From assembly GCA_034670305.1 (NCBI GenBank), contig JAXMNT010000001.1, forward strand, positions 288,001 to 352,000: a DNA stretch of 64,000 bases, read 5' to 3'. Position 1 is the first letter of the stretch. Each line of letters begins with the position of its first letter. Source of the DNA: Deltaproteobacteria bacterium (GTDB lineage Bacteria; Myxococcota_A; Polyangia; Polyangiales; Houyiibacteriaceae). Under the pieces are notes generated by a model that was not told the origin of the DNA, did no database searches, and saw nothing but the letters and a program-made list of their open reading frames with translations. Below, in pieces: positions 20,420-30,735 of this stretch. The position numbers and the translations under genes are program-made.

Positions 20420-21283
20420 CTACTGCATCATCTCGCGCGCCAGCTCTGTCGCGGGGCCCAGCGGGCGGACGGCGCGGATGAGGGCTTCGTCGCCGGCGAG
20501 GGCGCGCACGTCGAGGAGCGCTTTCTTGGCGTCTTCGTCCTTGCCCTGACTCGCGAAGGCGTGGGCCCGGACCACGCCGTAGCTGGCGGCGATGGCGGCG
20601 TCTTCCGGATCGTCGAACGCGTCGGCGCGGGAGAGGGCTTCTTCGACGTTCCCTTGGATCGCGAAGAGCAGCGCTTCGGTGGCGTTGAGCCAGCGCTCGA
20701 CTTCGGCGTCGGCGGGGCGCTTGATCTGTGCGAGTGCGTCCTGCGCCCCTTCGAGGTCGCCGTGTTCGAGCCGGAGCGTCGCGAGCGCTTGCAGCACCCG
20801 CTCCCGCAGAGGCGAGACGAGGGCGTCGATCTCGATGCGCTCCACGTGATCGGCAGCCGCCCGCCACTCGCCGATCCCAGTGAGGGGGACGCTCGCGAAG
20901 AGCGCGACCTGCGCGTAGCCGGCCGGGGTGAGCCGGTCGGTCATCACCTTCAGCCGCGCGTCGAGCACACGCATGGCTTCTTCCTGGTTGTCCGGTTGGG
21001 TCAGCCGGTAGCAGAGCAGGGCGGTGCCCCGGAGGTAGCGCGATCGCCGCGCTGCGCTGAACGCCAACAGACCTCCGATCCCCGCGCCGATCGCCGCCGC
21101 GATGTGGGGTTCGAACGCGAGCATGCAGAGGGCACCGGCGACGAGCGTGGTCAGTGCGGCGCCGATGATCGCGCGCAGGACCATGGCCCACGAAAACATC
21201 GTGAGGGGCACCCCCCACGCCGCGCTGCGGGAGACGGGCGCAAGAAGGCCGATCGCGACGGCGGCCAACGAGACGATCCACAT
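20420..21283 (-). CDS. Hypothetical membrane protein with TPR-like C-terminal helices
   Basis: N-terminal TM segments then helical repeats; TAGACC 7 nt upstream of ATG. Confidence 0.65.
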   Translation of the reverse strand: MWIVSLAAVAIGLLAPVSRSAAWGVPLTMFSWAMVLRAIIGAALTTLVAGALCMLAFEPHIAAAIGAGIGGLLAFSAARRSRYLRGTALLCYRLTQPDNQEEAMRVLDARLKVMTDRLTPAGYAQVALFASVPLTGIGEWRAAADHVERIEIDALVSPLRERVLQALATLRLEHGDLEGAQDALAQIKRPADAEVERWLNATEALLFAIQGNVEEALSRADAFDDPEDAAIAASYGVVRAHAFASQGKDEDAKKALLDVRALAGDEALIRAVRPLGPATELAREMMQ

Positions 21284-21293
21284 GGACGGCGGT

Positions 21294-21842
21294 CTAGTCT
21301 GCGTCGGCGGCGGCCGCACGCGCCTCGCGGCGCTGGCGCACGGCGGCGGCCGTCGTGTCGAGCGCGGAGATCGCTTCGAGCGCCCGCTGCATGCCGGCTG
21401 AGACTTCGGCCGGGAGCACGGTCGGGTGGGTCTGACTGAACGTCACGAGCGCCGCGACCGCCTCGCGTGCCTCGCGCCCGTTCGAGTCGATCAGCAGCAC
21501 CCGTGCGGTGTTGAGCAGACCACGGCCTTCGTGCAGCGGGTCGCCGGCCTGCCGCGCGAGTCGGGCGCAGGTGCGAAACGACTCGAGCGCCGGCCCGTTC
21601 TGCTCCTGACGCAACAGCGCGGTGCCCAGATGGCAGTGGGCCGCTGCGCTGCCCGGGTTCGCCGCTGCGGCGGTTCGCAACGCCGAGATGGCTCCGTCCA
21701 CGTCGCCGGCATGAAGCTGCTCCACCGCGGCGCGCACTTGCGTGACGTACTCGGAGGCGCCGGGCGCGGGTGCTTCGGTTTCGTCGTCCGCGAAGGCGAC
21801 GGAGGTCAGACAGACGAGAAGACCCACGAGAGAGGCACGCAT
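21294..21842 (-). CDS. Secreted tetratricopeptide repeat protein
   Basis: Signal peptide ending [20 protein letters not shown] motif; TACGCT 6 nt upstream. Confidence 0.7.
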   Translation of the reverse strand: MRASLVGLLVCLTSVAFADDETEAPAPGASEYVTQVRAAVEQLHAGDVDGAISALRTAAAANPGSAAAHCHLGTALLRQEQNGPALESFRTCARLARQAGDPLHEGRGLLNTARVLLIDSNGREAREAVAALVTFSQTHPTVLPAEVSAGMQRALEAISALDTTAAAVRQRREARAAAADAD

Positions 21843-21889
21843 GGGCTCAGCGTACCAGGAAGCCGATGCCAGAGCCGAACCAAAGGCCT

Positions 21890-22161
21890 CTTGCCCTTGC
21901 CCCTGCCCGTGCCCTTGCCTTTGCCCGTGCCCGTGCCCGTGCCCGTGCCCGTGCCCTTGCCCTCCCTTGCCCTTCTTGGACCCCGAAGCCGATTCCGATT
22001 CCGAAGCCGAAGCCGAAGCCGAAGCCGATGCCGAAGCCGAAGCCGAAGCCGATGCCGATGCCGACGCCGATGCCGAAGCCGCTGCCGAAGTCGAAGCCGA
22101 AGCCGAAGCCGATGCCGAAGCCGATGCCGATGCCGACACCGACGCCGAAGCCGACGCCGAG
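21890..22161. repeat. Composite hexamer array: (TTGCCC/GTGCCC)n + (GCCGAA/GCCGAT/GCCGAC)n
   Basis: Two 6-nt-period blocks between divergent genes. Confidence 0.92.
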
Positions 22162-22215
22162 CCCGCGCCGAAAAGGCGTGGGACCGGATGGCAGGGGCGG
22201 GGTAGATTGCGGGGC

Positions 22216-23832
22216 ATGCGTGTTGAATGCGATCTCCTCGTCATCGGATCCGGTGTGGCCGGGCTCACGTTTGCGCTCGAAGCGAGCAAACACGCGAAGG
22301 TCACGATCCTCACCAAACGGTCGCGCTTCGAGTCCAACACGAACTACGCGCAGGGCGGGATCGCAGCGGTGCTGGACCCGGAGGACTCGATCGACGCCCA
22401 TGTGGCGGACACGCTGGCGACCGGCGGCGGGCTCTCGGATCCGGAGGTCGTGAACATCGTCGTCGGGGACGGTCCGCTCCGGGTGAAGGAGCTCATCGAG
22501 CTCGGCGCGAAGTTCAGCCGGCGGGAGAGCGACGGCGAACTCGATCTCACCCGAGAGGGAGGCCACAGCGCCCGCCGCGTGATCCACGCGGGCGACATCA
22601 CGGGCCGAGAGGTACAGCGCGCGCTGCTCGATGCGGTCGCGCAGAACGACCAGATCGAGATCCTCGAAGATCACATGGCGATCGATCTCATCGAGCAGAG
22701 CCGCTTCGGTGGGCCGTCACGCCGCGTGGTGGGGGCCTACGCGCTGCACGAACCGACCGGCGACGTGCACACGTACATTGCGAAGGCGACCATCTTGGCG
22801 GCGGGCGGTGCGGGCAAGGTCTACCTCTACACCTCCAACCCAGACGTCGCGACCGGCGACGGGGTGGCGATGGCGTACCGGGCCGGCGCGCAGATCGGGA
22901 ACATGGAGTTCTTCCAGTTCCACCCGACGAGCCTCTACCACCCCGAAGCGAAGAGTTTCCTCATCAGCGAAGCGCTCCGAGGAGAGGGTGGCGTGCTCCG
23001 GCTCGGCGACGGCACCGCCTTCATGGAGAAGCACCACGAGATGAAAGATCTCGCGCCGCGCGATGTCGTGGCCCGCGCGATCGACTGGGAGATGAAGCGC
23101 TCCGGTGAGGATCACGTGTTCCTCGACATGACGCACCTCGAAGACAGCTACGTCGCGGAGCGTTTCCCGAACATTCACGGGATGTGTCTGCGCTACGGCG
23201 TCGACATGACCAAGAAGCCGATCCCCGTGGTGCCGGCGGCGCACTACATGTGCGGCGGCGTGGTGATCGACCACGAAGGCCGAACGAGTCTGCCGGGCTT
23301 GTGGGCGATCGGCGAGGTGACTTGCTCGGGGCTGCATGGCGCGAACCGACTCGCCAGCAACTCATTGCTGGAAGGGCTCGTCTACGGGCACCGCGTGGCG
23401 CAGACGCTGGCGGCGTGCAACCTGCCCGCGGGTCCCGTCGGCGAGGTGCCGGACTGGGATGTCGGCAGCGCAGTCCGCAGCGACGAGGCGGTCATCGTCA
23501 CCCAGAACTGGGACGAGATCCGGCGCTTCATGTGGAACTACGTCGGCATCGTCCGCACGGACAAACGGCTCAAGCGCGCCGCGCGCCGCATCGCGATGCT
23601 CCAAGACGAGATCCGCGAGTACTACTGGGCCCACCTGGTCAACCGCGACATGCTCGAGTTGCGCAACATCGCGGACGTCGCCGAACTCATCATCCTCTGC
23701 GCGATCGCGCGCAAAGAGAGCCGCGGCCTGCACTACACGCTCGATCACAAAGACGTGGACGACGAGAACTTCGGCGACGACACCCTGATCGAACGCGGGC
23801 TGCCCGCGTACATCCGCCAGCGCGGCGACTGA
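22216..23832 (+). CDS. nadB: L-aspartate oxidase
   Basis: [65 protein letters not shown]. Confidence 0.97.
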   Translation: MRVECDLLVIGSGVAGLTFALEASKHAKVTILTKRSRFESNTNYAQGGIAAVLDPEDSIDAHVADTLATGGGLSDPEVVNIVVGDGPLRVKELIELGAKFSRRESDGELDLTREGGHSARRVIHAGDITGREVQRALLDAVAQNDQIEILEDHMAIDLIEQSRFGGPSRRVVGAYALHEPTGDVHTYIAKATILAAGGAGKVYLYTSNPDVATGDGVAMAYRAGAQIGNMEFFQFHPTSLYHPEAKSFLISEALRGEGGVLRLGDGTAFMEKHHEMKDLAPRDVVARAIDWEMKRSGEDHVFLDMTHLEDSYVAERFPNIHGMCLRYGVDMTKKPIPVVPAAHYMCGGVVIDHEGRTSLPGLWAIGEVTCSGLHGANRLASNSLLEGLVYGHRVAQTLAACNLPAGPVGEVPDWDVGSAVRSDEAVIVTQNWDEIRRFMWNYVGIVRTDKRLKRAARRIAMLQDEIREYYWAHLVNRDMLELRNIADVAELIILCAIARKESRGLHYTLDHKDVDDENFGDDTLIERGLPAYIRQRGD

Positions 23833-23933
23833 GCGCCGGCCAGCGGCGTCGACTGCGGGCGCCGCGTCTAAGAAGGCGGGGCTCGTTTGCTGGATAGGGC
23901 GGCCGAACTCCGGCTTATGCGAAGCGCACTGAC

Positions 23934-24371
23934 CTACTCCTCGCGCCCGACCGACTTCAGGTACACCGCGTAGTCGGTGTCGCGCTCGACCGCGACGATC
24001 TCGACCACGCGCGCTCCCTGCTCGAGCCGAACGCCGCGCACGAGCTGGCGGTCGGGCGGGCTCCACCAGGCCAGCGGCTCTTCGGGCAACATCGGGTGGG
24101 TGTCGTAACCGCGCTCAAGCGCGCCGTCGGTCGTTCCGCACGACTCGAGCATGCCGGGCAGCTGCTCTTTCGGGATGACCGTCTTGGCGTGTACGACGAA
24201 CTGTTCGGCGTCGCCACCGATGTGGTCGTGGACGCGCACAGCACCGGACGGAACGTGGCACCCGGTGAACGCGAAGATGCGTGCGCGTGGGCCTCCGCTC
24301 GAGTCTTCACCGCCGCACGCACCAAAGAGCAGGGCACACGCGAGCAGGGCCCGCCGCACTCCCATGCTCAC
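23934..24371 (-). CDS. Hypothetical lipoprotein
   Basis: Lipobox FGAC; coupled to ACP stop. Confidence 0.6.
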   Translation of the reverse strand: MSMGVRRALLACALLFGACGGEDSSGGPRARIFAFTGCHVPSGAVRVHDHIGGDAEQFVVHAKTVIPKEQLPGMLESCGTTDGALERGYDTHPMLPEEPLAWWSPPDRQLVRGVRLEQGARVVEIVAVERDTDYAVYLKSVGREE

Positions 24372-24610
24372 TCGGCCGCTTGGGGCAGGCGCGCTTTCAC
24401 CTTCTCGTAGACCGCGTTCAGGTTGGTCAGCTCCTGAAGTTCTTCCTCGGGGATCGACAACTTGAACGTGCGCTCGACGTCCGCGACGATCTCGATCGCC
24501 ATCATGCTGTCGATGCCGAGGTCGGCGAATGGCGTCGCGTCGGGCACTTCGTCGATCTCCGCGACCTCCGCGATGATCTCCCGGAGCTGCTGTTTCAGTT
24601 CGTCAGACAT
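24368..24610 (-). CDS. Acyl carrier protein
   Basis: 80 aa, acidic, DLGIDSM phosphopantetheine site. Confidence 0.92.
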   Translation of the reverse strand: MSDELKQQLREIIAEVAEIDEVPDATPFADLGIDSMMAIEIVADVERTFKLSIPEEELQELTNLNAVYEKVKARLPQAAE

Positions 24611-24670
24611 TCGTTCCCATCCTCATTGGTTCCACGGCTCGTACGCCGGGGTTTCGATCGTGCGGACGCA

Positions 24671-26395
24671 TCACCCTGCGTCCAGTGTGGGGTCGGGGGC
24701 GTGCTCGGCGAGCGCGCCCGCTTCGAAGAGTTGTTTGGTCTTGCGCCGCTGGGCTTTGCCGCTGCTCGTCTTCGGCAGGGTACCCACGGGGCAGATCGCG
24801 ACATGGGCGGGAGAGAGACCGAAGTCCTGTTGCACCTTGCGGGCGATCTCGACCCGCAAGCGCTCGGCGTCGCCGCTCACCGCCTCGGCCGCCATGACCA
24901 GCTGCTCGGTTCCGTCCTTCATCACACTGAACGCGAACACGTTGCCTCGGCGCACGCCCTCGATGTCGGCCACGGACCATTCCAGGTCCTGAGGATAGTG
25001 GTTCGCGCCTCGAATGATGATGAGGTCTTTCACGCGTCCACAGATGAAGAGCTGCGGGCTCGGCGGCGCGTTGGGATCGCCGGCGTCGCTGGCGAAGTAG
25101 CCAAGGTCTCCGGTTTGAAGCCATCCCTCGCGCAGCGCCTCGGCCGTGGCATCGGCGGCTTCGAAGTAGCCCGGCGTGACACTGGGTCCGCGTGCGACGA
25201 CCTGCCCGACCCGGCGCTCCGGCAACGGCTTGCCCTCGGGGTCCACGACCTGCACGTCGTGGTCGGGGAACCCGCGGCCGCAGCCCATCACCTCGAGCGC
25301 GTCGTCCGCGTCGCTCGGACGCGCGACGCCATCTTGCATCGCTTTCGGATCCACCCGGTCGACCACCATCTCGGTGCCGTGCGGATGAAACGTGATCGCG
25401 AGCGTGGACTCCGCCATGCCGTAGCTCGGCAAGAACGCGTTCGAACGGAACCCAACCGGCGCGAACTTGGTCGCGAACTCTTGCAGTGTGCGGGCGCGGA
25501 TCGGTTCGGCGCCCGAACCGGCGACCCGGAGCGTGCTCAGATCCAGCGACGCGAGCTGCCGCTCTTTCACCCGCTTCGTCACGAGCTGGTACGCGAAGTT
25601 CGGTGCGTAGGTGATCGTGCCGCGGTGTTTGGTGATGGTCTCGAGCCAGAGCCCCGGGCTGCGCGCGAAGGTCTCGGTGGGCAGCACCACCACCGGGATG
25701 TCCATCACCAGCGTGCCGAGCACGAAGCCGATGAGGCCCATGTCGTGAAAGAGCGGCAACCAGGAGACGCCCTTGTCGTCGTCGTTTCGGTCCAGTCCGT
25801 GCGGCCCGAGGAACGCCGAGGCATTGGCGACCAGGTTGCCGTGCGTGACCATCACGCCTTTGGGTTTGGACGTGCTCCCGCTCGTGAACTGAAGAAAGCA
25901 GAGGTCGTCGGGCGTCAGCGCCGGGGCGGTGAACGAAGGCGCGGTGTCGTCGAAGACGGAGACGTCGCAGATCCGCGCGGTCGATCCGCGTTCGGCGATC
26001 CGCGCGACGACCTCGCGGTTGCTCGCCATGCAGAAGACGACCTTGGCCCCGCTCGTGCCGACGATGTGCGCGAGTGTGTCGACGTAGCCGTCCACGTTCT
26101 TGAAACTGGCGCGGGGGTAGATCGGGACCGGGACGACCCCCGCCACCGCGGCGCCGAGGAACGTGAGCACGAATTCGTGCGGCTCCGGAATCACGAGCGC
26201 GACCCGGTCGCCCTTCGAGAGACCGAGCCCCTGGAGGAAGGCCGCGCGCCGGTGGGCTTCGCGTTCGAGATCCCCGTACGCGAAGTACTGCTCTTCGCGT
26301 TTCGTGCTGACGAAGGTGAACCCGCGGCCTTCGCCCTGGCGAAGCGACCCCATCGCGGAAACCAAGGTTGCCTTCGGGTGGGTGCGCAACTCCAT
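24671..26395 (-). CDS. Fatty acyl-AMP ligase (FAAL)
   Basis: LQFTSGSTSKPKG, SWLPLFHDMGL, PNFAY, YGMAESTL, TGDLG, GRVKDLIIIRGANHYPQDLE, PKTSSGK. Confidence 0.93.
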   Translation of the reverse strand: MELRTHPKATLVSAMGSLRQGEGRGFTFVSTKREEQYFAYGDLEREAHRRAAFLQGLGLSKGDRVALVIPEPHEFVLTFLGAAVAGVVPVPIYPRASFKNVDGYVDTLAHIVGTSGAKVVFCMASNREVVARIAERGSTARICDVSVFDDTAPSFTAPALTPDDLCFLQFTSGSTSKPKGVMVTHGNLVANASAFLGPHGLDRNDDDKGVSWLPLFHDMGLIGFVLGTLVMDIPVVVLPTETFARSPGLWLETITKHRGTITYAPNFAYQLVTKRVKERQLASLDLSTLRVAGSGAEPIRARTLQEFATKFAPVGFRSNAFLPSYGMAESTLAITFHPHGTEMVVDRVDPKAMQDGVARPSDADDALEVMGCGRGFPDHDVQVVDPEGKPLPERRVGQVVARGPSVTPGYFEAADATAEALREGWLQTGDLGYFASDAGDPNAPPSPQLFICGRVKDLIIIRGANHYPQDLEWSVADIEGVRRGNVFAFSVMKDGTEQLVMAAEAVSGDAERLRVEIARKVQQDFGLSPAHVAICPVGTLPKTSSGKAQRRKTKQLFEAGALAEHAPDPTLDAG

Positions 26396-26780
26396 CTGGG
26401 CCGAAGTACGGCAGCGTCTGGATCGGGTCAAGCAAGTCCTGAGGCGGTCGCCCCGCGTCGGAATCCTGGTGGACAGCTGTTCGCCGATCGACCTGCGCGC
26501 CTTGCTTCGCGTGCGCCTGGGCGCTTCGCAAAACCGGCCGCCTGGCCGAGCCATTTCACGCACACCCGTCGCCCAACGGTCACATGTGGCAAGGCACGAA
26601 TGGGGCGTCTGCCGCGTTTTTTGGCTGGCTCGGCGATTGCTCTAGGTGCGGCGTGTTCGGAGGCTTCGCCTTCGTCTGCCAGGCCGCGGATCCCGAGTCG
26701 AAAAGCTGGCCGCGTGGCCTATTTTTGAATGATGTCGCTTAGTTGCGTGGGCCCGGCCGGAATTCTATAGGGAGACCGCA

Positions 26781-28079
26781 GTGAGTACGGAACAACAGAA
26801 AGGCGCGCAGCGCGTCTTCGTCACCGGCGTCGGTGTGGTCAGTCCCATCGGATTCGGTCGGGTCGAGTTCGGACGCGGTCTCGTCGCAGGCAAGAGCGGC
26901 GTCGCGCCGATCCAGCTCTTCGACACCCATGGTCTCGACCGAGACCTCGCGTGTGAGGTGAAGGACTTCCGCCCGCGCGATTTTCTGACCGCCGCTGAAG
27001 CTCGGCGCACCGGTCGCTGTTCGGCGATGGCCGTGGCCGCGGCCCGCATGGCGGTCGAAGACGCGGCCATCTCCGCGGCGGATCTCGGGGGACCTCGGAC
27101 CTCGGTGATCCTCGGCACCACGATGGGCGAAGCCAACGTGCTCGGCGAACTCGAGGCCGCTTGGATCCACGACGGCGAAGCGTCGGTGGAACAGAGCGCG
27201 CTGCCCCGCTACGGCACGACCCTCCTCCCCATCCACGTGGCGCGCGCGTTCGGTGCGCGCGGCATGGTGCAGACCCTCCCGGCGGCCTGCGCGGCGGGCA
27301 ACTACGCGATCGGGTACGCGACCGACCAGATCCGCGCCGGGCGAGCCGACGTGGTCCTCACCGGCGCGAGCGAAGTGATCGAGAAGCTCCAGTTCGCTGG
27401 CTTCTGCCGGCTCGGTGCGATCGCACCCGAGCTGTGTCGTCCCTTCGATCAGGGCCGGCAAGGGCTCATGTGCGGCGAAGGCGCCGCGATCCTCGTGCTG
27501 GAGAGCGAAGCCTCCGTGGTCCGCCGCGGCGCGACGGTGCTCGCGGAGATCGGTGGCTACGGGCTCGCCTGCGACGCGCACCACATCACGCGGCCGCACC
27601 CCGAAGGGTCGGGCAGCGCGCACGCGATGCGACGGGCGATCGCCACGAGCGGTTTGCGTCCAGACGACATCGACTACGTGAACGCGCACGGGACCGGCAC
27701 GTCCGCCAACGACAAGGTCGAAGCGAAGGTTCTGCGCGACGTGTTCGAGAACCGCCAACCCGCTGTGACCAGCGTCAAGAGCATGATCGGTCACTGCATG
27801 GGCGCCGCGAGCGCGATCGAAGCGGTGAGCTGTGTGCTCACGCTGCAAGACGGAGTGATCCCTCCGACGATGAACTACGTGACGCCCGACCCGGAATGCG
27901 AGGTCGACCTGGTCGCGAACCGTCCGCGTTCGGCCAAGGTGCGGATCGCGCTCAACAACGCGCTCGCGTTTGGCGGCTACGACGCGGTCGTGGCGTTCGC
28001 GCAGCCGGGCGTGTTGCCGCCCATCCCGGATCCCAGCCAGATCGACCCCGGTTTCGTTTCCGCACCCGCGGCGCTTTGA
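26781..28079 (+). CDS. Beta-ketoacyl-ACP synthase (FabF-like, catalytic)
   Basis: AACAAG Cys, NAHGTGT His, KSMIGH His. Confidence 0.93.
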   Translation: MSTEQQKGAQRVFVTGVGVVSPIGFGRVEFGRGLVAGKSGVAPIQLFDTHGLDRDLACEVKDFRPRDFLTAAEARRTGRCSAMAVAAARMAVEDAAISAADLGGPRTSVILGTTMGEANVLGELEAAWIHDGEASVEQSALPRYGTTLLPIHVARAFGARGMVQTLPAACAAGNYAIGYATDQIRAGRADVVLTGASEVIEKLQFAGFCRLGAIAPELCRPFDQGRQGLMCGEGAAILVLESEASVVRRGATVLAEIGGYGLACDAHHITRPHPEGSGSAHAMRRAIATSGLRPDDIDYVNAHGTGTSANDKVEAKVLRDVFENRQPAVTSVKSMIGHCMGAASAIEAVSCVLTLQDGVIPPTMNYVTPDPECEVDLVANRPRSAKVRIALNNALAFGGYDAVVAFAQPGVLPPIPDPSQIDPGFVSAPAAL

Positions 28080-29236
28080 TGCGTCTCGCGATCACTGGTC
28101 TCGGGGTGGTGAGCCCCTTCGGAGTGACGCGTTCGGCGTGGCAAGACGCGTTGAGCGGCTCGGACGATGCCGCGCGCGCGAACGCCTTCCGAGCGTCCGA
28201 AGTCGTCGAGGGCGCGCGGACCGCGGAGGTGTGGGGCTTCGATCCGAACGAAGTCCTCGGTCCGAAGGGCCACCGGAGTTTCGATCGGCTCACCAAGTAC
28301 TTGATCGCCGCCGCGAAACACGCGCTCGAAGACGCCGGCCTCAAACACGACGGGGCCTTCGTCGGCCCGCTCACCTCGGAGCAGCTCGGCATCTGCAGCG
28401 CGACCGCGTACGGATCGCTCGACGCGATCACCGAACTCAACCGCGTCGCGGAGCTCGAAGCGCCGCGGTACATCAACCCCGCGCGCTTCCCGAACACCGT
28501 CATCAACGCGGCCGCGGGCTACGTGAGCATCTGGGAGGATCTGCGCGCGCCCAACACCACCATCGTCGATGGCAACTGCGGTGCGCTCGATGCGGTGTTG
28601 ACCGCGGCGACCCACTTGCACCACCGGCGCGGCGACGGATTCTTGGTCGGCGGCGGAGAGGTCATCAGCGAACCCCTCTATCGAGCGCTCGCCAAACTCG
28701 GCGTGCTCTCGATGGACGGCAAGCCCGGCGTCGAGATGGGCGAGGGCGCGAGCTACGTCGTCGTCGAACGACCGGACCAAGCCGCGGCGCGCGGCGCCCG
28801 AGTGCTCGGTGAGTTCGTCGGGTACGGGACCGCGTTCGAACCGCCCGAGTCCGAAGCGCTGCTCGTGCACGCCTCGCAGGAATCCACCGAGCGCGCGGTT
28901 GGCCAAGCGCTCGCAGAAGCGGGCGTGGACGCGTCGGACGTCGACGTGGTGGTCGCGGCGCGCTGTGGGCTGGCGGAGATGGACCGCGCCGAAGACCAAG
29001 GCCTCAAGGCCGCGCTCGGCGAAGACGTCGCGGTGGTGGGCCTCAAGCGCGTGCATGGCGAGACGTTTGGCGCCGCGGGCGCGTTTGGGATCGCGGCGGC
29101 GCTCGCTTGGATGAACGGCGTTCCCGTCGGATCCTTGGTTCGTGGACGCGCGCCCCAAGAGGTGCGCCACGTGGTCATCTCGACCGTGGGTTTTTACGGC
29201 AACTGCAGTGCCGTCGTCTTGCGACGCGGGGGCTGA
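28079..29236 (+). CDS. Chain-length-factor-like non-catalytic ketosynthase subunit
   Basis: KS fold (AITGLGVVSP, PARFPNTVINAAAG, GEGA) but by manual alignment the catalytic Cys/His/His positions are N, A, E; TGATG coupling to KS. Confidence 0.8.
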   Translation: MRLAITGLGVVSPFGVTRSAWQDALSGSDDAARANAFRASEVVEGARTAEVWGFDPNEVLGPKGHRSFDRLTKYLIAAAKHALEDAGLKHDGAFVGPLTSEQLGICSATAYGSLDAITELNRVAELEAPRYINPARFPNTVINAAAGYVSIWEDLRAPNTTIVDGNCGALDAVLTAATHLHHRRGDGFLVGGGEVISEPLYRALAKLGVLSMDGKPGVEMGEGASYVVVERPDQAAARGARVLGEFVGYGTAFEPPESEALLVHASQESTERAVGQALAEAGVDASDVDVVVAARCGLAEMDRAEDQGLKAALGEDVAVVGLKRVHGETFGAAGAFGIAAALAWMNGVPVGSLVRGRAPQEVRHVVISTVGFYGNCSAVVLRRGG

Positions 29237-29276
29237 TCGACTTGCGATTGTTTCCGCAATCGGACAGAGGCGCGCG

Positions 29277-30539
29277 ATGACTTCGACGAAGATTCCGAAG
29301 GCGGAGAGCTGGGCGACGGCCAAAGCCCGCGTGGGGCTCGAGCGCATTCGGGAGGCCCAGGACAAGCAGGTCTACCCGTACTTCAAACAGTTCGAGTCCG
29401 GTGGTCTGCACAGCACGATCGACGGCAAACCGGTCCTGAACTTCAGCTCGAACGACTACCTCGGACTGACCACCCATCCAAAGGTCAAAGAAGCGTCGAT
29501 CGAAGCGGTGAAGAAGTTCAGCTGCGGCCTCAGTTCGTCGCGGGTCCAGGCGACGACCACCGCCCACGTCGAACTCGAGGAACGGCTGGCCGCGTGGTTC
29601 GGGTACGAGAGCTGTCTCGTCTTCACCACCGGCTACCAGGCGATGCTCGGCACGTTGATGTCGCTGGCCGACAAAGACACCACCATCATTCTCGACAACC
29701 TCGCGCACGCCTGCATTCTCGACGGCACGTTCCTCGCCGCCGGCGTGCCGCGCAACGGCTGCGAGATCCGATTCTTCAACCACAACAGTGCACGTTCGCT
29801 CCGCCGCTGTTTGAAGACGCGCGAGCGCAAGAACGCGCTCGTCTGCATCGAGGGCATCTACTCGCTCGATGGAGACGAAGCGAAGATCCTCGAGCTCGTC
29901 GAAGCGTGCGAAGAAGATCCAGGCGCGGTGCTCATCGTCGACGACGCGCACGGCACGGGCACCCTCGGCCAGGGCGGTCGGGGCATCCACGAGAAGTACG
30001 GCCTCGACGACACGCAGATCCCGATCGTGATCAGCACGTTCAGCAAGACCTTCGGCGGCATCGGCGGCATCTTGCTCGGCGACCGCGAAGTCGTGGACCA
30101 CGTCAAACACATGGCCCGCAGCTTTCTGTTCAGCGCCAGCTTGCCGGTGCCGGTCGTAGCGGCGGCGGCGACCATTTTGGACATGCTCGAAGACCACGGT
30201 GAAGAACTCGTCGCCGAGCTGCACGAGAAGGCGGCGTACATGCGCAAGTCGCTCTTGGAGATCGGTTTCGATCTCGGCATGAGCGACACCCACATCATGC
30301 CGGTGATGTGCAACGAGGAACGCAAAGCGCTCTTCACGCACGTGGCGATGCTCGAGAGCGGCGTGATGATGGTGCCGATCACGTACCCAGGCGTGAAACT
30401 CGGCGAAGAACGGCTGCGCTTGAACGTCACCCGCGGACACTCGCGCGAAGACATGGACCAAGCGCTCGAACTCCTGCAGATCTACGGCGAAGCGTTCTTC
30501 ATTCTGAGCGGCGACGAACTCGACCCCATGGAGAGTTGA
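29277..30539 (+). CDS. Alpha-oxoamine synthase (serine palmitoyltransferase-like, PLP)
   Basis: VYPYF, FSSNDYLGL, TTGYQA, HACILDG, DDAHG, TFSK (PLP Lys), RLRLNV. Confidence 0.88.
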   Translation: MTSTKIPKAESWATAKARVGLERIREAQDKQVYPYFKQFESGGLHSTIDGKPVLNFSSNDYLGLTTHPKVKEASIEAVKKFSCGLSSSRVQATTTAHVELEERLAAWFGYESCLVFTTGYQAMLGTLMSLADKDTTIILDNLAHACILDGTFLAAGVPRNGCEIRFFNHNSARSLRRCLKTRERKNALVCIEGIYSLDGDEAKILELVEACEEDPGAVLIVDDAHGTGTLGQGGRGIHEKYGLDDTQIPIVISTFSKTFGGIGGILLGDREVVDHVKHMARSFLFSASLPVPVVAAAATILDMLEDHGEELVAELHEKAAYMRKSLLEIGFDLGMSDTHIMPVMCNEERKALFTHVAMLESGVMMVPITYPGVKLGEERLRLNVTRGHSREDMDQALELLQIYGEAFFILSGDELDPMES

Positions 30540-30559
30540 GCCGAAGCAAAGCAGAGGCT

Positions 30560-30684
30560 CCCCTTGCCCTTGCCCGCGGTCCCCTTGCCCCTGCCCTTGC
30601 CCCTGCCCTTGCCCTCGGGTCGGAGTGAAGCCGACGCCGAAGCCGACGCCGAAGCCGAAGCCGAAGCCGAAGCCGAAGCCGAAG
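30560..30684. repeat. Composite hexamer array: (CCCTTG/CCCCTG)n + (GCCGAA/GCCGAC)n
   Basis: Two blocks shortly after the AOS stop codon. Confidence 0.9.
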
Positions 30685-30735
30685 GCCGGGCACAACGCGT
30701 TGCGGCCTGGGGCGCGTGGTACAGAATGCGTTTCC

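Noticed and set aside
17669-22453. ORFs with PK/RS/AE/PC dipeptide runs spanning intergenic arrays, including N-terminal extensions of nadB and the TPR gene
   Set aside because: Stop-free hexamer arrays extend frames artificially; better starts with -10-like signals lie downstream.
29277-30539. Calling the AOS enzyme bioF
   Set aside because: No biotin genes nearby; the VYPYF motif and FAAL/ACP/KS context favour a long-chain acyl substrate.
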